64,000 nucleotides of DNA from Eledone cirrhosa. Taxonomy: Eukaryota. The position numbers were made by a program, and so were the translations under genes. Of this stretch, positions 46,831 to 60,100 are shown in pieces. The notes under the pieces were generated by a model that worked only from the letters and a program-made list of their open reading frames with translations, had not been told where the DNA came from and did not search any database. Location of the stretch: contig OZ024744.1 in the NCBI GenBank assembly GCA_964016885.1, positions 129,208,001-129,272,000 of the forward strand. The letters run 5' to 3'. The stretch's first letter is position 1, and each line of letters begins with the position of its first letter.

Positions 46831-49800
46831 GTTGGGGCTAAGTTAAGTTGGGGTTAAGTTAAGGTGGGGTTAAGTTAAGTTGGGGTCAACTTAAGTTGGG
46901 GTTAAGTTAAGTTGGGGTTAAGTTAAGTTGGGGTTAAGTTAAGTTGGGGTTAAGTTAAGTTGGGGTTACGTTAAGTTGGGGGTAAGTTAAGTTGGTGGTA
47001 AGTTAAGATGGGGTTAAGTTAAGTTGGGGTTAATTTAATTTGGGGTTAAGTTAAGTTAGGGTTAAGTTAAGTTGGGGTTATGTTAAGTTGGGGTTAAGTT
47101 AAGTTGGGGTTAAGTTAAGTTGGGGTTCAATTAAGTTGCGGTTAATTTAAGTTGGGTTTAAGTTAAGTTGGGGTTAAGTTAAGTTGGGGTTATGTTAAGT
47201 TGGTGTTAAGTTAAGTTGGGGTTAAGTTAAGTTGGGGTTAAGTTAAGTTGGAGTTAAGTTAGGTTGGTGTTAAGTTAAGTTGGCGGTAAGTTAAGTTGGG
47301 GGTAAGTTAAGTTGGTGTTAAGTTATGTTGGGGTTAAGTTAAGTTGGGGTTAAGTTAAGTTGGGTTTAAGTTAAGTTGGGGCTAAGTTAAGTTAGGGCTA
47401 AGTTAAGTTGGGGTTAAGTAAAGTTAGGGCTAAGTTAAGTTGGGGTTAAGTTAAGTTGGGGTTAATTTAAGTTGGGGTTACATTAAGTTGAGGTTAAGTT
47501 AAGTTGGGGTTAAGTTAAGTTGGGTTTAAGTTAAGTTGGGGCTAAGTTAAGTTAGGGCTAAGTTAAGTTGGGGCTGAGTTAAGTTGGGGTTAAGTTAAGT
47601 TGGGGTTGAGTTAAGTTGGGGTTAAGTTAAGTTGGGGTTAAGTTAAGTTGGGGTTAAGTTAAGTTGGGGCTGAGTTAAGTTGGGATTACGTTAAGTTGGG
47701 GTTAAGGTAAGTTGGGGTTAAGTTAAGTTCGGGTTAAGTTAAGTTGGTGTTAAGTTAAGTTGGGGCTGAGTTAAGTTGGGGCTAAGTTAAGTTGGGTCTA
47801 AGTTAAGTTGGGGTTAAGTTAAGTTGGGGTTAAGTTAAGTTGGTGTTAAATTAAGTTGGGGTTAAGTTAAGTTGGTGTTAAGTTAAGTTGGGGTTAAGTT
47901 AAGTTGGGGTTAATTAAGTTGGGGTTAAGTTAAGTTGGGGTTAAGTTAATTGGGGTTAAATTAAGTTAGGGTTGAGTTAAGTTGGGGTTAAGTTCAGGTG
48001 GGGTTAAGTTAAGTTGGGGTCAACTTAAGTTGGGGTTAAGTTAAGTTGGGGTTAAGTTAAGTTGGGGTTAATTTAAGTTGGGGTTACGTTAAGTTGGGGG
48101 TAAGTTAAGTTGGTGGTAAGTTAAGATGGGGTTAAGTTAAGTTGGGGTTAATTTAATTTGGGGTTAAGTTAAGTTAGGGTTAAGTTAAGTTGGGGTTATG
48201 TTAAGTTGGGGTTAAGTTAAGTTGGGGTTAAGTTAAGTTGGGGTTCAATTAAGTTGGGGTTAAGTTAAGTTGGGGGTAAGATAAGTTGGGGTTAGTTAAG
48301 TTGGGGTTAAGTTAAGTTGGGGTTAAGTTAAGTTGGGGTTAAGTTAAGTTGGGGTTAAGTTAAGTTGGGGTTAAGTTAAGTTGGGGTTAAGTTAAGTTGG
48401 TGTTAAATTAAGTTGGGGTTAAGTTAAGTTGGTGTTAAGTTAAGTTGGGGTTAAGTTAAGTTGGGGTTAATTAAGTTGGGGTTAAGTTAAGTTGGGGTTA
48501 AGTTAATTGGGGTTAAATTAAGTTAGGGTTGAGTTAAGTTGGGGTTAAGTTAAGGTGGGGTTAAGTTAAGTTGGTGTCAACTTAAGTTGGGGTTAAGTTA
48601 AGTTGGGGTTAAGTTAAGTTGGGGGTAAGATAAGTTGGGGTTAGTTAAGTTGGGGTTAAGTTAAGTTGGGGTTAAGTTAAGTTGGGGTTCAGTTAAGTTG
48701 GGGTTAAGTTAAGTTGGGGTTAAGTTAAGTTGGGGTTAATTTAAGTTGGGGTTAATTTAAGTTGGGGTTAAGTTAAGTTGGGGTTAAGTTAAGTTGGGGT
48801 AAAGTTAAGTTGGGGGTAAGTTAAGTTGGGGTTAAGTTAAGTTGGGGTTAAGTTGGGGTTAAGTTAAGTTAGGGTTAACTTAAGTTGGGGTTGTATTAAG
48901 TGGTGGTTATGTTAAGTGGTGATTATGTTAAGTTGGGGTTAAGTTAAATTGGGGTTAAGTTAATTAGGGTTAAGTTAAGTTGGGGTTAAGTTAAGTTGGG
49001 GTTAAGTTAAGTTGGGGTTAAGTTAATTAGGGTTAAGTTAAGTTGGGGTTAAGTTAAGTTGGGGTTAAGTTAATTTGTTGTTAAGTTAAGTTGGGGTTAA
49101 GTTAAGTTGGGGTTAAGTTAAGTTGGGGATACGTTAAGTTGGGGATAAGTTAAGTTGGGGTTAATTAAGTTGGGTTTAAGTTAAGTTGGGGTTAAGTTAA
49201 GTTGGGGTTAAGTTAAGTTGGGGTTAAGTTAAGTTGGGGATACGTTAAGTTGGGGATAAGTTAAGTTGGGGTTAATTTAAGTTGGGGTTAAGTTAAGTTG
49301 GGGTTAATTTAAGTTGGGGTTAAGTTAAGTTGGGGTTAAGTTAAGTTGGGGTTCAGTTAAGTTGGGGTTAAGTTAAGTTGGGGTTAAGTTGGGGTAAAAC
49401 TAATTTGGGGTTAAGTTAAGTTGGGGTTAAGTTAAGTTGGGGCTAAGTTAAGATGGGGTTAAGTTAAGTTGCGGTTAAGTTAAGTTGATGTTAAGTTAAG
49501 TTGGGGTTAAGTTAAGTTGGGGTTAAGTTAAGTTGGGGCTAAGTTAAGTTGGAGCTAAGTTAAGTTGGGGCTAAGTTAAGTTGGGGTTAAGTTAAGTTGG
49601 GGTTAAGTTAAGGTGGGGTTAAGTTAAGTTGGGGTCAACTTAAGTTGGGGTTAAGTTAAGTTGGGGTTAACTTAAGTTGGGGTTAAGTTAAGTTGGGGTT
49701 CAGTTAAGTTGGGGTTAAGTTAAGTTGGGGTTAAGTTAAGTTGGGGGTCAGTTAAGTTGGTGGTAAGTTAAGTTGGGGGTAAGTTAAGATGGGGTAAAGT

Positions 49801-51199
49801 TAAGTTGGGGTTAATTTAATTTGGGGTTAAGTTAAGTTAGGGTTAAGTTAAGTTGGGGTTGAGTTAAGTTGGGGTTAAGTTAAGTTGGGGTTATGTTAAG
49901 TGGGGGTTAAGTTAAGTTGGGGTTAAGTTAAGTTGGGGTTCAATTAAGTTGCGGATAATTTAAGTTGGGGTTAAGTTAAGTTGGGGTTAAGTTAAGTTGG
50001 GGTTAAGTTAAGTTGGGGTTAAATTAAGTTGGGGTTAAATTAAGTTGGGGTTAAGTTAAGTTGGGGTTATGTTAAGTTGGTGTTAAGTTAAGTTGGGGTT
50101 AAGTTAAGTTGGGGTTAAGTTAGGTTGGTGTTAATTTAAGTTGGGGGTAAGTTAAGTTGGGGGTAAGTTAAGTTGGTGTTAAGTTAAGTTGGGGTTAAGT
50201 TAAGTTGGGGTTAAGTTAAGTTGGGTTTAAGTTAAGTTAGGGTTAAGTTAAGTTGGGGTTAATTTAAGTTGGGGTTACATTAAGTTGAGGTTAAGTTAAG
50301 TTGTGGTTAAGTTAAGTTAGGGTTAATTTAAGTTAGGGTTATGTTAAGTTGGGGTTAAGTTAAGTTGGGGTTAAGTTAAGGTGGGGTTAATTTAATTTGG
50401 GGTGAAGTTAAGTTAGGGTTAAGTTAAGTTGGGGTTATGTTAAGTTGGGGTTAAGTTAAGTTGGGGTTAAGTTAAGTTGGGGTTCAATTAAGTTGCGGTT
50501 AATTTAAGTTGGGTTTAAATTAAGTTGGGGTTAAGTTAAGTTGGGGTTATGTTAAGTTGGTGTTAAGTTAAGTTGGGGTTAAGTTAAGTTGGGGTTAAGT
50601 TAAGTTGGGGTTAATTTAATTTGGGGTTAAGTTAAGTTAGGGTTAAGTTAAGTTGGGGATGAGTTAAGTTGGGGTTAAGTTAAGTTGGGGTTATGTTAAG
50701 TGGGGGTTAAGTTAAGTTGGGGTTAAGTTAAGTTGGGGTTCAATTAAGTTGCGGATAATTTAAGTTGGGGTTAAGTTAAGTTGGGGTTAAGTTAAGTTGG
50801 GGTTAAGTTAAGTTGGGGTTAAATTAAGTTGGGGTTAAATTAAGTTGGGGTTAAGTTAAGTTGGGGTTATGTTAAGTTGGTGTTAAGTTAAGTTGGGGTT
50901 AAGTTAAGTTGGGGTTAAGTTAGGTTGGTGTTAATTTAAGTTGGGGGTAAGTTAAGTTGGGGGTAAGTTAAGTTGGTGTTAAGTTAAGTTGGTGTTAAGT
51001 TAAGTTGGGGTTAAGTTAAGGTGGGGTTAATTTAATTTGGGGTGAAGTTAAGTTAGGGTTAAGTTAAGTTGGGGTTATGTTAAGTTGGGGTTAAGTTAAG
51101 TTGGGGTTAAGTTAAGTTGGGGTTCAATTAAGTTGCGGTTAATTTAAGTTGGGTTTAAGTTAAGTTGGGGTTAAGTTAAGTTGGGGTTATGTTAAGTTG

Positions 51200-54100
51200 G
51201 TGTTAAGTTAAGTTGGGGTTAAGTTAAGTTGGGGTTAAGTTAAGTTGGGGTTAAGTTAGGTTGGTGTTAAGTTAAGTTGGCGGTAAGTTAAGTTGGGGGT
51301 AAGTTAAGTTGGTGTTAAGTTATGTTGGGGTTAAGTTAAGTTGGGGTTAAGTTAAGTTGGGTTTAAGTTAAGTTGGGGCTAAGTTAAGTTAGGGCTAAGT
51401 TAAGTTGGGGTTAAGTAAAGTTAGGGCTAAGTTAAGTTGGGGTTAAGTTAAGTTGGGGTTAATTTAAGTTGGGGTTACATTAAGTTGAGGTTAAGTTAAG
51501 TTGGGGTTAAGTTAAGTTGGGTTTAAGTTAAGTTGGGGCTAAGTTAAGTTAGGGCTAAGTTAAGTTGGGGCTGAGTTAAGTTGGGGTTAAGTTAAGTTGG
51601 GGTTGAGTTAAGTTGGGGTTAAGTTAAGTTGGGGTTAAGTTAAGTTGGGGTTAAGTTAAGTTGGGGCTGAGTTAAGTTGGGATTACGTTAAGTTGGGGTT
51701 AAGGTAAGTTGGGGTTAAGTTAAGTTCGGGTTAAGTTAAGTTGGTGTTAAGTTAAGTTGGGGCTGAGTTAAGTTGGGGCTAAGTTAAGTTGGGTCTAATT
51801 TAAGTTGGGGTTAAGTTAAGTTGGTGTTAAGTTAAGTTGGTGTTAAATTAAGTTGGGGTTAAGTTAAGTTGGTGTTAAGTTAAGTTGGGGTTAAGTTAAG
51901 TTGGGGTTAATTAAGTTGGGGTTAAGTTAAGTTGGGGTTAAGTTAATTGGGGTTAAATTAAGTTAGGGTTGAGTTAAGTTGGGATTAAGTTAAGGTGGGG
52001 TTAAGTTAAGTTGGGGTCAACTTAAGTTGGGGTTAAGTTAAGTTGGGGTTAAGTTAAGTTGGGGTTAATTTAAGTTGGGGTTACGTTAAGTTGGGGGTAA
52101 GTTAAGTTGGTGGTAAGTTAAGATGGGGTTAAGTTAAGTTGGGGTTAATTTAATTTGGGGTTAAGTTAAGTTAGGGTTAAGTTAAGTTGGAGTTATGTTA
52201 AGTTGGGGTTAAGTTAAGTTGGGGTTAAGTTAAGTTGGGGTTCAATTAAGTTGCGGTTAATTTAAGTTGGGTTTAAGTTAAGTTGGGGTTAAGTTAAGTT
52301 GGGGTTATGTTAAGTTGGTGTTAAGTTAAGTTGGGGTTAAGTTAAGTTGGGGTTAAGTTAAGTTGGGGTTAAGTTAGGTTGGTGTTAAGTTAAGTTGGCG
52401 GTAAGTTAAGTTGGGGGTAAGTTCAGTTGGGGTTAAGTTGGGGTTAAGTTAAGGTAGGGTTAACTTAAGTTGGGGTTGTGTTAAGTGGTGGTTATGTTAA
52501 GTGGTGGTTATATTAAGTTAGGGTTAAGTTAAGTTGGGATTAAGTTAAATTGGGGTTAAGTTAAGTTGAGGTTAAGTTAAGTTGGGGTTAAGTTAAGTTG
52601 GGGTTAAGTTAATTAGGGTTAAGTTAAGTTGGGGTTAAGTGAAGTTGGGGTTAAGTTAAGTTGGGGTTAAGTTAAGTTGGGGTTAAGTTAAGTCGGGGTT
52701 AAGTTAAGTTAGGGTTAAGTTAAGTTGGGGTTAATTTAAGTTGGGGTTAAGTTAAGTTGGGGTTAAGTTAAGTTGGGGTTAAGTTAAGTTGAGGTTAAAG
52801 TTAAGTAGGGGTTAAATTATGTTGGGGTTAAGTTAAGTTGGGGTTAAGTTAAGTTGGGGTTAAGTTAAGTTGGGGATAAGTTAAGTTGGGGATAAGTTAA
52901 GTTGGGGTTAATTAAGTTGGGTTTAAGTTAAGTTGGGGTTAAGTTAAGTTGGGGTTAAATTAAGTTGGGGTTAAGTTAAGTTGGTTAGTTAAGTTGAGTT
53001 TAAGTTAAGTTGGGCTTAATTTAAGTTGGGGTTAAGTTAAGTTGGGGTTAAGTTAAGTTGGGGTTAAGTTAAGTTGGGGTTAAGTTAAGTTGGGGTTCAG
53101 TCAAGTTGGGGTTAAGTTAAGTTGGGGTTAAGTTGGGGTAAAATTAAGTTGGGGTTAAGTTAAGTTGGGGTTAAGTTAAGTTGGGGTTAAGTTAAGTTGC
53201 GGTTAAGTTAAGTTGAGGTTAAGTTAAATTGGGGTTAAGTTAAGTTGGGGTTAATTTAAGTTGGGGCTAAGTTAAGTTGGGGCTAAGTTAAGTTGGGGCT
53301 AAGTTAAGTTGGGGTTAAGTTAACTTTGGGTTAAGTTAAGTTGGGTTTGAGTTAAGTTGGGGTTAATTAAGTTGGGGTTAAGTTAAGTTGGGGTTAAGTT
53401 AAGTTGGGGTTAAGTTAAGTTGGGGCTAAGTTAAGTTGCGGTTAAGTTAAGTTGATGTTAAGTTAAGTTGGGGTTAAGTTAAGTTGGGGTTAAGTTAAGT
53501 TGGGGCTAAGTTAAGTTGGGGCTAAGTTAAGTTGGGGCTAAGTTAAGTTGGGGTTAAGTTAAGGTGGGGTTAAGTTAAGTTGAGGTCAACTTAAGTTGGG
53601 GTTAAGTTAAGTTGGGGTTAAGTTAAGTTGGGGTTAAGTTAAGTTGGGGTTAAGTTAAGTTGGGGTTACGTTAAGTTGGGGGTAAGTTAAGTTGGTGGTA
53701 AGTTAAGATGGGGTTAAGTTAAGTTGGGGTTAGTTTAATTTGGGGTTAAGTTAAGTTAGGGTTAAGTTAAGTTGGGGTTATGTTAAGTTGGGGTTAAGTT
53801 AAGTTGGGGTTAAGTTAAGTTGGGGTTCAATTAAGTTGCGGTTAATTTAAGTTGGGTTTAAGTTAAGTTGGGGTTAAGTTAAGTTGGGGTTATGTTAAGT
53901 TGGTGTTAAGTTAAGTTGGGGTTAAGTTAAGTTGGGGTTAAGTTAAGTTGGGGTTAAGTTAGGTTGGTGTTAAGTTAAGTTGGCGGTAAGTTAAGTTGGG
54001 GGTAAGTTAAGTTGGTGTTAAGTTATGTTGGGGTTAAGTTAAGTTGGGGTTAAGTTAAGTTGGGTTTAAGTTAAGTTGGGGCTAAGTTAAGTTAGGGCTA

Positions 54101-57100
54101 CGTTAAGTTGGGGTTAAGTAAAGTTAGGGCTAAGTTAAGTTGGGGTTAAGTTAAGTTGGGGTTAATTTAAGTTGGGGTTACATTAAGTTGAGGTTAAGTT
54201 AAGTTGGGGTTAAGTTAAGTTGGGTTTAAGTTAAGTTGAGGCTAAGTTAAGTTAGGGCTAAGTTAAGTTGGGGCTGAGTTAAGTTGGGGTTAAGTTAAGT
54301 TGGGGTTGAGTTAAGTTGGGGTTAAGTTAAGTTGGGGTTAAGTTAAGTTGGGGTTAAGTTAAGTTGGGGCTGAGTTAAGTTGGGATTACGTTAAGTTGGG
54401 GTTAAGGTAAGTTGGGGTTAAGTTAAGTTCGGGTTAAGTTAAGTTGGTGTTAAGTTAAGTTGGGGCTGAGTTAAGTTGGGGCTAAGTTAAGTTGGGTCTA
54501 AGTTAAGTTGGGGTTAAGTTAAGTTGGGGTTAAGTTAAGTTGGTGTTAAATTAAGTTGGGGTTAAGTTAAGTTGGTGTTAAGTTAAGTTGGGGTTAAGTT
54601 AAGTTGGGGTTAATTAAGTTGGGGTTAAGTTAAGTTGGGGTTAAGTTAATTGGGGTTAAATTAAGTTAGGGTTGAGTAAAGTTGGGGTTAAGTTCAGGTG
54701 GGGTTAAGTTAAGTTGGGGTTAAGTTAAGTTGGGGTTAAGTTAAGTTGGGGTTAAGTTAAGATGGGGGTAAGTTAAGTTGGGGTTAAGTTAAGTTGGGGT
54801 TAAGTTGGGGTTAAGTTAAGTTAGGGTTAACTTAAGTTGGGGTTGTGTTAAGTGGTGGTTATGTTAAGTGGTGGTTATGTTAAGTTGGGGTTAAGTTAAA
54901 TTGGGGTTAAGTTAGGTTGCGGTTAAGTTAAGTTGGGGTTAAGTTAAGTTGGGGTTAAGTTAATTTGTTGTTAAGTTAAGTTGGGGTTAAGTTAAGTTGG
55001 GGTTAAGTTAAGTTGGGGATAAGTTAAGTTGGGGATAAGTTAAGTTGGGGTTAATTAAGTTGGGTTTAAGTTAAGTTGGGGTTAAGTTAAGTTGGGGTTA
55101 AGTTAAGTTGGGGTTAAGTTAAGTTGGTTAGTTAAGTTGAGTTTAAGTTAAGTTGGGGTTAATTTAAGTTGGGGTTAAGTTAAGTTGGGGTTAAGTTAAG
55201 TTGGGGTTCAGTTAAGTTGGGGTTAAGTTAAGTTGGGGTTAAGTTGGGGTAAAATTAAGTTGGGGTTAAGTTAAGTTGGGGTTAAGTTAAGTTGGGGTTA
55301 AGTTAAGTTGCGGTTAAGTTAAGTTGAGGTTAAGTTAAGTTGGAGTTAAGTTAAGTTGGGGTTAAGTTAAGTTGGGGCTAAGTTAAGTTGGGGCTAAGTT
55401 AAGTTGGGGCTAAGTTAAGTTGGGGTTAAGTTAACTTTGGGTTAAGTTAAGTTGGGTTTGAGTTAAGTTGGGGTTAATTAAGTTGGGGTTAAGTTAAGTT
55501 GGGGTTAAGTTAAGTTGGGGTTAAGTTAAGTTGGGGTTAAGTTAAGTTGCGGTTAAGTTAAGTTGATGTTAAGTTAAGTTGGGGTTAAGTTAAGTTGGGG
55601 TTAAGTTAAGTTGGGGCTAAGTTAAGTTGGAGCTAAGTTAAGTTGGGGCTAAGTTAAGTTGGGGTTAAGTTAAGTTGGGGTTAAGTTAAGGTGGGGTTAA
55701 GTTAAGTTGGGGTCAACTTAAGTTGGGGTTAAGTTAAGTTGGGGTTAACTTAAGTTGGGGTTAAGTTAAGTTGGGGGTCAGTTAAGTTGGTGGTTGTTAA
55801 GTTGGGGGTAAGTTAAGATGGGGTAAAGTTAAGTTGGGGTTAATTTAATTTGGGGTTAAGTTAAGTTAGGGTTAAGTTAAGTTGGGGTTGAGTTAAGTTG
55901 GGGTTAAGTTAAGTTGGGGTTATGTTAAGTGGGGGTTAAGTTAAGTTGGGGTTAAGTTAAGTTGGGGTTCAATTAAGTTGCGGATAATTTAAGTTGGGGT
56001 TAAGTTAAGTTGGGGTTAAGTTAAGTTGGGGTTAAGTTAAGTTGGGGTTAAATTAAGTTGGGGTTAAATTAAGTTGGGGTTAAGTTAAGTTGGGGTTATG
56101 TTAAGTTGGTGTTAAGTTAAGTTGGGGTTAAGTTAAGTTGGGGTTAAGTTAGGTTGGTGTTAATTTAAGTTGGGGGTAAGTTAAGTTGGGGGTAAGTTAA
56201 GTTGGTGTTAAGTTAAGTTGGGGTTAAGTTAAGTTGGGGTTAAGTTAAGTTGGGTTTAAGTTAAGTTGGGGCTAAGTTAAGTTAGGGCTAAGTTAAGTTG
56301 GGGTTAAGTAAAGTTAGGGCTAAGTTAAGTTGGGGTTAAGTTAAGTTGGGGTTAATTTAAGTTGGGGTTACATTAAGTTGAGGTTAAGTTAAGTTGTGGT
56401 TAAGTTAAGTTAGGGTTAATTTAAGTTAGGGTTATGTTAAGTTGGGGTTAAGTTAAGTTGGGGTTAAGTTAAGGTGGGGTTAATTTAATTTGGGGTGAAG
56501 TTAAGTTAGGGTTAAGTTAAGTTGGGGTTATGTTAAGTTGGGGTTAAGTTAAGTTGGGGTTAAGTTAAGTTGGGGTTAAGTTAAGTTGGGGTTAAGTTAA
56601 ATTGGCGGTAAGTTAAGTTGGGGGTAAGTTAAGTTGGTGTTAAGTTATGTTGGGGTTAAGTTAAGTTGGGGTTAAGTTAAGTTGGGTTTAAGTTAAGTTG
56701 GGGCTAAGTTAAGTTAGGGCTAAGTTAAGTTGGGGTTAAGTAAAGTTAGGGCTAAGTTAAGTTGGGGTTAAGTTAAGTTGGGGTTAATTTAAGTTGGGGT
56801 TACATTAAGTTGAGGTTAAGTTAAGTTGGGGTTAAGTTAAGTTGGGTTTAAGTTAAGTTGGGGCTAAGTTAAGTTAGGGCTAAGTTAAGTTGGGGCTGAG
56901 TTAAGTTGGGGTTAAGTTAAGTTGGGGTTGAGTTAAGTTGGGGTTAAGTTAAGTTGGGGTTAAGTTAAGTTGGGGTTAATTTAAGTTGGGGCTGAGTTAA
57001 GTTGGGATTACGTTAAGTTGGGGTTAAGGTAAGTTGGGGTTAAGTTAAGTTCGGGTTAAGTTAAGTTGGTGTTAAGTTAAGTTGGGGCTGAGTTAAGTTG

Positions 57101-60100
57101 GGGCTAAGTTAAGTTGGGTCTAAGTTAAGTTGGGGTTAAGTTAAGTTGGGGTTAAGTTAAGTTGGTGTTAAATTAAGTTGGGGTTAAGTTAAGTTGGTGT
57201 TAAGTTAAGTTGGGGTTAAGTTAAGTTGGGGTTAATTAAGTTGGGGTTAAGTTAAGTTGGGGTTAAGTTAATTGGGGTTAAATTAAGTTAGGGTTGAGTT
57301 AAGTTGGGGTTAAGTTAAGGTGGGGTTAAGTTAAGTTGGGGTCAACTTAAGTTGGGGTTAAGTTAAGTTGGGGTTAAGTTAAGTTGGGGTTAAGTTAAGT
57401 TGGGGTTAAGTTAAGTTGGGGTTACGTTAAGTTGGGGGTAAGTTAAGTTGGTGGTAAGTTAAGATGGGGTTAAGTTAAGTTGGGGTTAATTTAATTTGGG
57501 GTTAAGTTAAGTTAGGGTTAAGTTAAGTTGGAGTTGTGTTAAGTTGGGGTTAAGTTAAGTTGGGGTTAAGTTAAGTTGGGGTTCAATTAAGTTGCGGTTA
57601 ATTTAAGTTGGGTTTAAGTTAAGTTGGGGTTAAGTTAAGTTGGGGTTATGTTAAGTTGGTGTTAAGTTAAGTTGGGGTTAAGTTAAGTTGGGGTTAAGTT
57701 AAGTTGGGGTTAAGTTAGGTTGGTGTTAAGTTAAGTTGGCGGTAAGTTAAGTTGGGGGTAAGTTAAGTTGGGGTTAAGTTGGGGTTAAGTTAAGGTAGGG
57801 TTAACTTAAGTTAGGGTTGTGTTAAGTGGTGGTTATGTTAAGTGGTGGTTATATTAAGTTAGGGTTAAGTTAAGTTGGGATTAAGTTAAATTGGGGTTAA
57901 GTTAAGTTGAGGTTAAGTTAAGTTGGGGTTAAGTTAAGTTGGGGTTAAGTTAATTAGGGTTAAGTTAAGTTGGGGTTAAGTGAAGTTGGGGTTAAGTTAA
58001 GTTGGGGTTAAGTTAAGTTGGGGTTAAGTTAAGTCGGGGTTAAGTTAAGTTAGGGTTAAGTTAAGTTGGGGTTAATTTAAGTTGGGGTTAAGTTAAGTTG
58101 AGGTTAAAGTTAAGTAGGGGTTAAATTATGTTGGGGTTAAGTTAAGTTGGGGTTAAGTTAAGTTGGGGTTAAGTTAAGTTGGGGATAAGTTAAGATGGGG
58201 ATAAGTTAAGTTGGGGTTAATTAAGTTGGGTTTAAGTTAAGTTGGGGTTAAGTTAAGTTGGGGTTAAATTAAGTTGGGGTTAAGTTAAGTTGGTTAGTTA
58301 AGTTGAGTTTAAGTTAAGTTGGGCTTAATTTAAGTTGGGGTTAAGTTAAGTTGGGGTTAAGTTAAGTTGGGGTTAAGTTAAGTTGGGGTTAAGTTAAGTT
58401 GGGGTTCAGTCAAGTTGGGGTTAAGTTAAGTTGGGGTTAAGTTGGGGTAAAATTAAGTTGGGGTTAAGTTAAGTTGGGGTTAAGTTAAGTTGGGGTTAAG
58501 TTAAGTTGGGGTTAAGTTAAGTTGCGGTTAAGTTAAGTTGAGGTTAAGTTAAGTTGGGGTTAAGTTAAGTTGGGGTTAACTTAAGTTGGGGCTAAGTTAA
58601 GTTGGGGCTAAGTTAAGTTGGGGCTAAGTTAAGTTGGGGTTAAGTTAACTTTGGGTTAAGTTAAGTTGGGTTTGAGTTAAGTTGGGGTTAATTAAGTTGG
58701 GGTTAAGTTAAGTTGGGGTTAAGTTAAGTTGGGGTTAAGTTAAGTTGGGGCTAAGTTAAGTTGCGGTTAAGTTAAGTTGGGGTTAAGTTAAGTTGGGGTT
58801 AAGTTAAGTTGGGGCTAAGTTAAGTTGGGGCTAAGTTAAGTTGGGGCTAAGTTAAGTTGGGGTTAAGTTAAGGTGGGGTTAAGTTAAGTTGGGGTCAACT
58901 TAAGTTGGGGTTAAGTTAAGTTGGGGTTAAGTTAAGTTGGGGTTAAGTTAAGTTGGGGTTAAGTTAAGTTGGGGTTACGTTAAGTTGGGGGTAAGTTAAG
59001 TTGGTGGTAAGTTAAGATGGGGTTAAGTTAAGTTGGGGTTAATTTAATTTGGGGTTAAGTTAAGTTAGGGTTAAGTTAAGTTGGGGTTATGTTAAGTTGG
59101 GGTTAAGTTAAGTTGGGTTTAAGTTAAGTTGGGGTTCAATTAAGTTGCGGTTAATTTAAGTTGGGTTTAAGTTAAGTTGGGGTTAAGTTAAGTTGGGGTT
59201 ATGTTAAGTTGGTGTTAAGTTAAGTTGGGGTTAAGTTAAGTTGGGGTTAAGTTAAGTTGGGGTTAAGTTAGGTTGGTGTTAAGTTAAGTTGGCGGTAAGT
59301 TAAGTTGGGGGTAAGTTAAGTTGGTGTTAAGTTATGTTGGGGTTAAGTTAAGTTGGGGTTAAGTTAAGTTGGGTTTAAGTTAAGTTGGGGCTAAGTTAAG
59401 TTAGGGCTAAGTTAAGTTGGGGTTAAGTAAAGTTAGGGCTAAGTTAAGTTGGGGTTAAGTTAAGTTGGGGTTAATTTAAGTTGGGGTTACATTAAGTTGA
59501 GGTTAAGTTAAGTTGGGGTTAAGTTAAGTTGGGTTTAAGTTAAGTTGGGGCTAAGTTAAGTTAGGGCTAAGTTAAGTTGGGGCTGAGTTAAGTTGGGGTT
59601 AAGTTAAGTTGGGGTTGAGTTAAGTTGGGGTTAAGTTAAGTTGGGGTTAAGTTAAGTTGGGGTTAAGTTAAGTTGGGGCTGAGTTAAGTTGGGATTACGT
59701 TAAGTTGGGGTTAAGGTAAGTTGGGGTTAAGTTAAGTTCGGGTTAAGTTAAGTTGGTGTTAAGTTAAGTTGGGGCTGAGTTAAGTTGGGGCTAAGTTAAG
59801 TTGGGTCTAAGTTAAGTTGGGGTTAAGTTAAGTTGGGGTTAAGTTAAGTTGGTGTTAAATTAAGTTGGGGTTAAGTTAAGTTGGTGTTAAGTTAAGTTGG
59901 GGTTAAGTTAAGTTGGGGTTAATTAAGTTGGGGTTAAGTTAAGTTGGGGTTAAGTTAATTGGGGTTAAATTAAGTTAGGGTTGAGTTAAGTTGGGGTTAA
60001 GTTAAGTTGGGGTTATGTTAAGTTGATGTTAACTTAAGTTGGGGTTAAGTTAAGTTGGGGTTAAGTTAAGTTGGGGTTAAGTTAGGTTGGTGTTAAGTTA

